Positions 48,571 to 55,662 of a DNA stretch of 64,000 nt are shown here, one piece after another. Within the stretch, counting starts at the first letter, position 1. Every line of letters starts with the position of its first letter. The position numbers and the translations under genes are program-made. The DNA lies in the IMG/VR virus record IMGVR_UViG_3300042895_001344, positions 153,143 to 217,142 of that record; one strand, given 5' to 3'. The notes beneath the pieces were generated by a model. It was not told the origin of the DNA. It was given only the letters and a program-made list of their open reading frames with translations, and did not search any database.

Positions 48571-49415
48571 TATTTGTTATTTAAACCTATTGATATTTGT
48601 GTGTATCCTCTTATTGGGTCGGTATCTAATTTTAATGTAACGAATTTAAAATCTTTTATAATACCAACTTTAAATGTGGTAAATGATGAATTTGATTTTG
48701 GAAATGAAATACCACCTAAGTCATCTTTACCTTGCCATCTAATAACTTCATTACCAAATCCTACCATACCATGTATTCCTATTTTACCAATTCTTTTACC
48801 ACCACCAACATAGAAAGTTGATTCTTTTTTCCAATCTTCTTTACTAAGTGGAAAGTCGACATTGTTAATTTGACCATATGGATAATAGCTATTTTGGTCT
48901 ATTGCGTAAGTCATTACATAATCCATAATAAAATATCCTCTCTTGTCACCAATCGTTCCCCAATAAGAAATTTGTTTATTATTTGTATGTCCAAATCCAA
49001 AGGAGGTATAAACACGTTCTTTTCTAATAGTATCTCTTTTTCCACCTTCATATATATGAATTACACTTCTTTGTCTCCATCCGTAATCATCATACCAAAT
49101 ATAAGGCATTGGTTGATACCATCCCCAGTTTCCCCAATAGTAACCAAATTGATTATTTCTATTCCAATTTTGAACACGTACTCTACCACGTTGGTCTGGT
49201 TGTGATTGTTGAGGTTGATTATTTCTCCAACTACTTACATTATTTTGTTGTGGTACAGATGGTTGAACTCTTGTTTGAGTTGATTGTGATGTTTGTGATG
49301 ATGCTGGAACACTTCCACCAGTTTGTCTCCAAGAACTAACTTGGGAATATAACATTATTGTGCAGAATAATATTAATATTAATATTAAACCTGTAACTAA
49401 TAAAACCTTTTTCAT
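48570..49415 (-). CDS. Exported protein, probable small outer-membrane beta-barrel
   Basis: Signal peptide ...MLYS|Q; Gln-rich and aromatic low-complexity region; alternating Gly/aromatic strands. Confidence 0.55.
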   Translation of the reverse strand: MKKVLLVTGLILILILFCTIMLYSQVSSWRQTGGSVPASSQTSQSTQTRVQPSVPQQNNVSSWRNNQPQQSQPDQRGRVRVQNWNRNNQFGYYWGNWGWYQPMPYIWYDDYGWRQRSVIHIYEGGKRDTIRKERVYTSFGFGHTNNKQISYWGTIGDKRGYFIMDYVMTYAIDQNSYYPYGQINNVDFPLSKEDWKKESTFYVGGGKRIGKIGIHGMVGFGNEVIRWQGKDDLGGISFPKSNSSFTTFKVGIIKDFKFVTLKLDTDPIRGYTQISIGLNNK

Positions 49416-49591
49416 ACTGTTTCAGTTAAAATTGTGGTTAGTAAATAACCGGTTATTATTGGGAATGGTGAAAATATTAAAAAAAAGAACAATAACCTCC
49501 AAACCAATGGATCAACATTTGTACGGTGACTTAAACCACTACATACACCAAAAAAAACTTTGTCGTCGTGAACTCTTTTAAACTTTTTCAT
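49412..49591 (-). CDS. pspC: PspC-domain membrane protein (59 aa, absent from the ORF track)
   Basis: Hand translation MKKFKRVHDDKVFFGVCSGLSHRTNVDPLVWRLLFFFLIFSPFPIITGYLLTTILTETV; TGA overlaps the next ATG; TATTTATA 4 nt upstream. Confidence 0.85.
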   Translation of the reverse strand: MKKFKRVHDDKVFFGVCSGLSHRTNVDPLVWRLLFFFLIFSPFPIITGYLLTTILTETV

Positions 49592-49595
49592 ATAA

Positions 49596-49603
49596 TATAA
49601 ATA
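49596..49603 (-). promoter_or_regulatory. TATTTATA putative late-promoter motif
   Basis: Just after a terminator and before pspC. Confidence 0.55.
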
Positions 49604-49607
49604 TTAA

Positions 49608-49631
49608 AAAAGGGGTTATAAAACCCCTTTT
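49608..49631 (-). terminator. Intrinsic terminator
   Basis: AAAAGGGGTT-4 nt-AACCCCTTTT. Confidence 0.75.
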
Positions 49632-49849
49632 AAACATATTCTATCTAATTCTTCTTGCCTTAAACCTATGGTTGAATCTATTTGTCCTCCGTCGGATAAA
49701 ATGTTTACTAAATAAAGACCAAATTTTTTATCACTTATCTCAATTTCTTGCCCATGTATAAACCCCATATCCATCAATTTTAATCTCATACATGGTGTAC
49801 AATTTTCACAAGGATTATTTTGTGGAACGTCCACTACTTCATATTTCAT
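49616..49849 (-). CDS. feoA: FeoA-like SH3 protein with an N-terminal CxxCxxC
   Basis: RLKLMDMGFIHGQEIEI...IGLRQEE. Confidence 0.7.
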   Translation of the reverse strand: MKYEVVDVPQNNPCENCTPCMRLKLMDMGFIHGQEIEISDKKFGLYLVNILSDGGQIDSTIGLRQEELDRICLKGVL

Positions 49850-50577
49850 TATTTCGTGAATATACCTTTTTTAATCATTCTATCAAGGATGTTAGCACAT
49901 GCAATGTCTAAAGCTTTCTTTGTTGCAATACTAATTGTTGATTGATTGAACTTAATTGGGTCAATGGTCGCATCCGATAAAAGGGTTAACTCTCTTTTTG
50001 TTGTTGCCTCACCTAAACCTGACCCACCAAATACTACACCTGTTTCAGCATCAGTAAATCTAACCTGAAGACCTATACGAGTTACCATATTGTCTTTAAT
50101 ACCGTCTTTTAGGTTAATAGTTTCGTCTTCTGACACCGAGTAGTCATAACACTCAATCGTAACAAAATACTTCGCCAAATTGATTTTACCACGACCGTCT
50201 AATTTATTCTCAGAAATACCCGCAGCAGACGCTTGGAATTGTTTTACCATCCTATTCTTAATTTCTGTCTTATCCTCGGTAAATTTGAATCTATTTAAGT
50301 TTTCAAGGTATTCCATTGAAATGTTAGCAACACCCAAACCAACACGTTTTTCTTTTAACTCAGGATACATTTCATACATCTCATCAGAAATGCCTGCCTT
50401 TAATATTTGAATTGGAATTTGAGGACCGTCGTAATCCATGTAAGCACTTATGTCTCGTTTTTTTTCAAAATCTGCTTTATACTGTTCGGTTTTTGTTGAT
50501 CCTATTGTTTGTCCCATTGCATTATCTGCAATTAAACAGGTTAAAATAAAAATTAAAAATATTATTAAATGTCTCAT
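49849..50577 (-). CDS. CsgG/HfaB-like exported protein
   Basis: Signal peptide ...NAMG|Q; GVANISMEYL.N.NRFKFTE; IGLQVRFTDAETGVV.G.G.G; C-terminal A.KKAL helix. Confidence 0.65.
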   Translation of the reverse strand: MRHLIIFLIFILTCLIADNAMGQTIGSTKTEQYKADFEKKRDISAYMDYDGPQIPIQILKAGISDEMYEMYPELKEKRVGLGVANISMEYLENLNRFKFTEDKTEIKNRMVKQFQASAAGISENKLDGRGKINLAKYFVTIECYDYSVSEDETINLKDGIKDNMVTRIGLQVRFTDAETGVVFGGSGLGEATTKRELTLLSDATIDPIKFNQSTISIATKKALDIACANILDRMIKKGIFTK

Positions 50578-50586
50578 AGTTTTATA

Positions 50587-51330
50587 TTAAGGGTTCCATT
50601 TATTTAATGCACTTATGTAGTTACTCGTCATATGATCTTTGGCAGTATTACCTGTGAATACAGCTTTAAGATATTCACCAACTCTTTGCCAATCAATCAT
50701 CCATTTTTTAACTTTACCCTCACTATCAATACGTAATTCAGTATTAACGTGGTGATATCCAATATTTGGGGCACGAGTAACAACATCTAAATTATTAACA
50801 ATCCTTAATGATTCAATTGATGATTTATCAAAGTTCTGTTTGAATACTTTATTACCAACTCTTGGACTACCGATAGTACAACATATAATTTTATTTGATT
50901 TATAAATTGAATAAATCTCATATGCACATAAGGTAGAAACTGCAGCTCCCAAACTGTGACCGCAAACAATAATATTATCAACTTCACCCTCCCCACCTAA
51001 TGTGGATAATGCTTTTTCAAATGATTTATAAGTTTCGTCTTTAACAGCGTCCCAAGATGATTTAAATCCAATGTGAACTTTTTCACCATCTTGAACAAAT
51101 GGAACTTTATCAATTGATGCGTCGTTTTGGAAATCCTTTTTAGAAGAACTTCCTCTCCAAACGATATAGATAGATTTATCCTTTGTGGCAACAAATCCTT
51201 GTGTATCTGTTTTTTTATCGTCAATCCATTTAATTAATTTTAATCTTTGTGCTTTAAAATCAATGTCTTTTTGTTCTGAATATACTTTCTCGGTTAAACC
51301 GACATTGTATAGTATTTCGTTTTTTGTCAT
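50587..51330 (-). CDS. Class-3 lipase (alpha/beta hydrolase)
   Basis: VWRGS, VHIGF, GHSLG, TIGSPRVG, VNNLDVVTRAP, Y.HV, DH. Confidence 0.92.
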   Translation of the reverse strand: MTKNEILYNVGLTEKVYSEQKDIDFKAQRLKLIKWIDDKKTDTQGFVATKDKSIYIVWRGSSSKKDFQNDASIDKVPFVQDGEKVHIGFKSSWDAVKDETYKSFEKALSTLGGEGEVDNIIVCGHSLGAAVSTLCAYEIYSIYKSNKIICCTIGSPRVGNKVFKQNFDKSSIESLRIVNNLDVVTRAPNIGYHHVNTELRIDSEGKVKKWMIDWQRVGEYLKAVFTGNTAKDHMTSNYISALNKWNP

Positions 51331-51354
51331 TGTGTATTTGTTTTTGTTATAATA

Positions 51355-51591
51355 TTACTGTCTTGCTGGCCATATACCACGAGTGGCTATTATGTATTTC
51401 ATACCATCCATAGGTGGTTCCATTTTAGGTACCGCAAATAAATTTGGTGTTGCTCCGTATCTATCTTGCAGTAATACATATAACGCCTCATTTTCCCTTA
51501 TGTTTAATAATTGTCCGTTGCATTCTACATATCCTTGAGGAGCGTAGCCTCCTGCAAATAATTTAATTGCCCCAATTAATTCTTCTTCCAT
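51355..51591 (-). CDS. Stand-alone phage tail-collar domain protein
   Basis: IGAIKLFAGGYAPQGYVECNGQLL...ALYVLL...YG; YIIATRGIWP. Confidence 0.85.
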   Translation of the reverse strand: MEEELIGAIKLFAGGYAPQGYVECNGQLLNIRENEALYVLLQDRYGATPNLFAVPKMEPPMDGMKYIIATRGIWPARQ

Positions 51592-51594
51592 AGT

Positions 51595-52668
51595 TTATTG
51601 TGTTTTTGTTTTAGATTGATCACCCTTCTTTAAAAATATATCAAATATTGTTTTAGGACTGTATTCTACAAGTAATATTAAACCCTTCCTCAACGTAGAG
51701 TTTTTTACAACGTGATTTAAAATATCTTTAATAACCTCTTTAATGGCGAAATTTTTAGTGTCAAAATATGTTCCATCAAAATATCTTGGACTTGTTCCCT
51801 CACCACCTGGTGAACCGTGATGAGCACCTATAGAGGTACGCCAATAATCAGCATGATTTTGCCATTCAGGAACTGAAACCAATTCAGGTGAATCAAAAAA
51901 TAAATTCCACGATAATACATTACCCTTTTGTAACATATTACCAGTACCTAAGTTAAAAAGATTTAAAAAGTATTGATTAAACTTATCTAATTTGTGATCA
52001 CTTGTTGTTACCATTCCTCCTATTTCTACATTGATATGTCCTGTACTATATGCTTCTTCCTTTATTGCAAATTCAGGATTTTTAAATCTTGGTGATAAAC
52101 CCTTTCCGAGTTGAAATATAGGTTCTTTAGGATTTCCTGGTAGATGTGTTAAAACACGAATAGCATTTTCTTTGTTGATAGGATACTTACGAGAACTGTA
52201 TTTTAATAATGGCCAAATTGCTCTTAATAGACCACCTTGATTTTCACCTGGTGTTAACCAAATTTTTCCCTCAACCATCATATCCGCAGCAATTTCCTTT
52301 GTGTCTTCATTAACCCATCCTCTTTGTCCCGTAACTGTTACTTCCACATTGATACAAATCTCATCTCCAATCCACATCCCTTGTTGAGGACAGATTATGG
52401 AATAAATTCTACCTTCATTGGTATATCCTATTCTTGAAATATAAGGAGCAAATTGTACATAACAACGTTTTGGGTCTTTTTCCCCATTTAGGGTATTCCA
52501 ACTAAACATTGGCCATTTAACACCCCATTGTCTTTGTAGTAAATTAATGTTATCCATATTACCCAACATAGGTAATGAGGTTAAATCTGTGGTAGGATAT
52601 AGCATTTTCTTTTGTTTTTCAGATGGAAAACCACCTTGCCATCCCGTAGGAATTTGTTCGTTTGTCAT
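51595..52668 (-). CDS. Hypothetical protein
   Basis: 357-aa ORF; TATTTATA at 52679-52686 upstream. Confidence 0.7.
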   Translation of the reverse strand: MTNEQIPTGWQGGFPSEKQKKMLYPTTDLTSLPMLGNMDNINLLQRQWGVKWPMFSWNTLNGEKDPKRCYVQFAPYISRIGYTNEGRIYSIICPQQGMWIGDEICINVEVTVTGQRGWVNEDTKEIAADMMVEGKIWLTPGENQGGLLRAIWPLLKYSSRKYPINKENAIRVLTHLPGNPKEPIFQLGKGLSPRFKNPEFAIKEEAYSTGHINVEIGGMVTTSDHKLDKFNQYFLNLFNLGTGNMLQKGNVLSWNLFFDSPELVSVPEWQNHADYWRTSIGAHHGSPGGEGTSPRYFDGTYFDTKNFAIKEVIKDILNHVVKNSTLRKGLILLVEYSPKTIFDIFLKKGDQSKTKTQ

Positions 52669-52691
52669 ATTCTTTTAATATAAATACACAA

Positions 52692-52716
52692 AAAAGGGAG
52701 TTTTTAACTCCCTTTT
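52692..52716 (-). terminator. Intrinsic terminator
   Basis: AAAAGGGAGTT-TTT-AACTCCCTTTT. Confidence 0.8.
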
Positions 52717-52719
52717 ATA

Positions 52720-52968
52720 CTAACCTTCTGTTTCTTCTTTCTTTTTGTGAGAGAATTTATCCAAAGTATCTGCACCCATTCCAATTCCCGTGATTAACAT
52801 CACCGCATTCACCAATTCAGGTGATGGAGCGAAATCCGCGTGAGAGAACGAATTTAAAATCATCGTAATACATAGGAATAAAGCACCTATCATTGCTATT
52901 ACCGGCTTTACCGATATTGATCCTCTTTCATCTTTGAAAATTTCAATAACCCATTGTTTAAAATTCAT
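52720..52968 (-). CDS. Two-TM small membrane protein (holin-like)
   Basis: Two hydrophobic helices, charged C-terminal tail. Confidence 0.55.
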   Translation of the reverse strand: MNFKQWVIEIFKDERGSISVKPVIAMIGALFLCITMILNSFSHADFAPSPELVNAVMLITGIGMGADTLDKFSHKKKEETEG

Positions 52969-52997
52969 AGTTTTTTATTTTTTGTCTTTTGTTTATT

Positions 52998-53666
52998 TTA
53001 TCCTTCCGTATGCATTTCTGCATTTTCATCTTTAATTTTACCACATTTTAAACACTCCTCAATGCCATCACCATCCAAGTCACCCCAAACGTGTTCACAT
53101 TGTCTATGTGCGAAATACATATCTATTTTACCGTCACCATCAAAATCAATACCATCTATTGTACCATCACCATCTTCATCAACCTCAACACCTGTTCTTG
53201 GTTGTGATTTGAAAGGACTTTCAACAACTTGAGGATTATTTGGTTCTGATTTTACCTCTACTTTGTTTGCCTCAATTAAGTTGATTTCATGTGCGTTCTT
53301 TGCGGCTTGCACAAATGCATCTGGAATCAATGGAGTGTTATTTGGTGGAGTTACAGGCATATCAGCAGTATTACTCATTGACGTACCATCTTCTTCGTCC
53401 ATTTTCTGAACTAACATCTTATCCTTATCAGTATCACTAAACCAATAGTCAATGATTTTACCATAACTACCGATAAACGCTCCTAATAATAATAAAAGAA
53501 GTTCTTTCCATTCTCCTTCAATCGTAGATTTATTTAATATACCAAAGAACATTCCTCCAATAATAATCATAAATCCACCTAACACTATCGCAGTGATATA
53601 CCACCTGCGTTTCATCATATTTGCTAATAAATCCTTAAATCCGCTTGGCGGTTGTTCATTACTCAT
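52998..53666 (-). CDS. Two-TM membrane protein with DxDGDG Ca-binding-like repeats and a CxHxW...CxxC tail
   Basis: DEDGDGTIDGIDFDGDGKID; CEHVWGDLDGDGIEECLKCG. Confidence 0.65.
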   Translation of the reverse strand: MSNEQPPSGFKDLLANMMKRRWYITAIVLGGFMIIIGGMFFGILNKSTIEGEWKELLLLLLGAFIGSYGKIIDYWFSDTDKDKMLVQKMDEEDGTSMSNTADMPVTPPNNTPLIPDAFVQAAKNAHEINLIEANKVEVKSEPNNPQVVESPFKSQPRTGVEVDEDGDGTIDGIDFDGDGKIDMYFAHRQCEHVWGDLDGDGIEECLKCGKIKDENAEMHTEG

Positions 53667-53683
53667 CTTTTTTTAATTTAAAA

Positions 53684-53998
53684 TTACCATTTAGGTGCTT
53701 CTTCTTTAAACTCATCACCTTCTTTTTTCTTAGGTTTTGGTGCTGGCGCCGGTTTAGCACTACCGTCTCCACCTTTATTGATGATTACAGTTTTACCACC
53801 ACCCGATTGTTGAGTTTGTGAATTGGTAATGTTGATTACAGGTGCCGCTTGTTGAACGGGAGCCTCTTTTTCGTCACCACCTGTTAATTTTGTTGTAAAC
53901 CAACCACCCACACCTAATGTGATGGTGCTTACTAAACCGATAATGATGTTCTTAATTGAACCACCTGTACTTTCTGATTTTTCTTGTTCTTCTGCCAT
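53684..53998 (-). CDS. Single-TM protein with a Pro/Gly/Lys-rich tail
   Basis: IIIGLVSTITLGVGGWF followed by low-complexity sequence. Confidence 0.65.
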   Translation of the reverse strand: MAEEQEKSESTGGSIKNIIIGLVSTITLGVGGWFTTKLTGGDEKEAPVQQAAPVINITNSQTQQSGGGKTVIINKGGDGSAKPAPAPKPKKKEGDEFKEEAPKW

Positions 53999-54030
53999 AA
54001 TTTTGTGTTTTTTGTCTTTATATAATTATC

Positions 54031-54399
54031 TTAAATTTTATTAAAATCTGTAATTCCTAACATATTACCCGCAACATCGTATAATGCAATCCTATACGCT
54101 GAAGATGGTAAAGCGGATGTATACACCCTTAAAATGTTATCACCAACCTTAACCTCACTTGTTGATTTTGATACCACTCTATTGGAAATATCAAAAATCT
54201 TAACGGTTACAGTTTGAGCAACATCACTTTTTATGTTCATTGCAACTTCATTTGTTATAAATGAAGTTTCTAATTTTAATCCCACTGAACTTGAGATTTT
54301 AAGGTTGTCACTAATCACTTGTGGTTGCATTGGTATGTCTACTTTTCTACATCCAACAAGTAAGATTAATCCAAAGAGTACGAGAGATACTTTTTTCAT
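54031..54399 (-). CDS. Lipoprotein consisting of a T9SS-CTD-like Ig domain
   Basis: LVGC lipobox; VTVKIFDISNRVV...G.N.L.V.TSALPSSAYRIAL. Confidence 0.6.
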   Translation of the reverse strand: MKKVSLVLFGLILLVGCRKVDIPMQPQVISDNLKISSSVGLKLETSFITNEVAMNIKSDVAQTVTVKIFDISNRVVSKSTSEVKVGDNILRVYTSALPSSAYRIALYDVAGNMLGITDFNKI

Positions 54400-54411
54400 T
54401 TTTTGTCTTGT

Positions 54412-54765
54412 TTAATTTATAATTATTCTTGTTTTACCTATTTGATTATTATTTTGATCCTTTAACACGACACTTAGGTTTTTTGTCGGTAAAGTATTAG
54501 TAAATATTTTAAGAGAGTTTAATCCTACTTTACCAGTAAACCTTTCCCTTGATACTACTTGGTTTTGAACCGTATCAATCATTGTTAAAGTATATACTCC
54601 TCCTGTAGTTAAATTAATATTAATAACATCCCCGTTTTTTACCTTATTTTCAGATAAGGAGAAAAATTCCACATTTGTCGGTGACACAGGTGTAAACGGA
54701 ACCATTTTTTTGCACGATATTATAAAAACCATACAACACAATAATATAATTTTGATACGTTTCAT
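54412..54765 (-). CDS. Lipoprotein paralog with a T9SS-CTD-like domain
   Basis: IISC lipobox; YTLTMID...VV...G.NSLKIFTNTLP. Confidence 0.55.
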   Translation of the reverse strand: MKRIKIILLCCMVFIISCKKMVPFTPVSPTNVEFFSLSENKVKNGDVININLTTGGVYTLTMIDTVQNQVVSRERFTGKVGLNSLKIFTNTLPTKNLSVVLKDQNNNQIGKTRIIIN

Positions 54766-54768
54766 ATT

Positions 54769-55662
54769 TTAAAATTGAAAGTTTGTTCCTATCATAAATA
54801 GAATTGGATTACTCTTTTTATACCCAACCGATTCACTTAATTTATTCCAAGTTGTGTTATATCTAACATTAGTATTCAATACAAATTTTTTAGTTATTTT
54901 CCAATCAATAGATGTACCATAATATAAGTCCAAATTGAAATCATCTACATATGCTAAATCCGATTCAGTCCCATCTTTGAATACTTTGTAGATATCACTC
55001 ATTGCAAATATTTGTGGTGAGATGTTTACTCTCTTTGTTTTGAATGTATACGTATACATTGCCATACCTCTATAACTAATTTGACTTGATGATGGCATTT
55101 GTGGATATATTAAATCTTTAAAATCACCATTTTCATCTACTATATATTTTCCTTCCCATTGACCTTGATAACTTCCCCAAAACGATTTTGACGCAATCAC
55201 ACTATAACCAAATGTTCCAAACTTTTTAGTTCTGAATACATCAATGAATGATAGAGAAATATCTTTTTGAAAATCAAAATCGGTTGAATAGAATGATTGT
55301 AATGTAGTAGTTCTTGTATTCGTATTTCTACTGAAACCATAACCCACACCATAGTAGTTCCATATTGGATTTATTGATGATGCGAATGAGTGACCCCATT
55401 TACCATTTTTAGATGATTTACTATATCCTAAATTTAAGGTAGTAGATACTTGTTTTCCAATTACACCTACTGATAAATTTGAGGATGAAAGAACATCTTT
55501 TGAAAAATCAATATATGACTCTAATATACCTAAATTATTCCAATCACCACTTTCTCCAAATAATTCTTTTGGTGATAGTTGTAAGGTATCTGGTTTTACA
55601 ATTTGTGCGTTTGTAACAAATGTTGTCAAAATTAGTGACAGAATTAATAATAGTTTTTTCAT
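54769..55662 (-). CDS. Outer-membrane beta-barrel protein
   Basis: Signal peptide ...VTNA|Q; amphipathic strands; ISPQIF; C-terminal Phe (GTNFQF). Confidence 0.75.
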   Translation of the reverse strand: MKKLLLILSLILTTFVTNAQIVKPDTLQLSPKELFGESGDWNNLGILESYIDFSKDVLSSSNLSVGVIGKQVSTTLNLGYSKSSKNGKWGHSFASSINPIWNYYGVGYGFSRNTNTRTTTLQSFYSTDFDFQKDISLSFIDVFRTKKFGTFGYSVIASKSFWGSYQGQWEGKYIVDENGDFKDLIYPQMPSSSQISYRGMAMYTYTFKTKRVNISPQIFAMSDIYKVFKDGTESDLAYVDDFNLDLYYGTSIDWKITKKFVLNTNVRYNTTWNKLSESVGYKKSNPILFMIGTNFQF

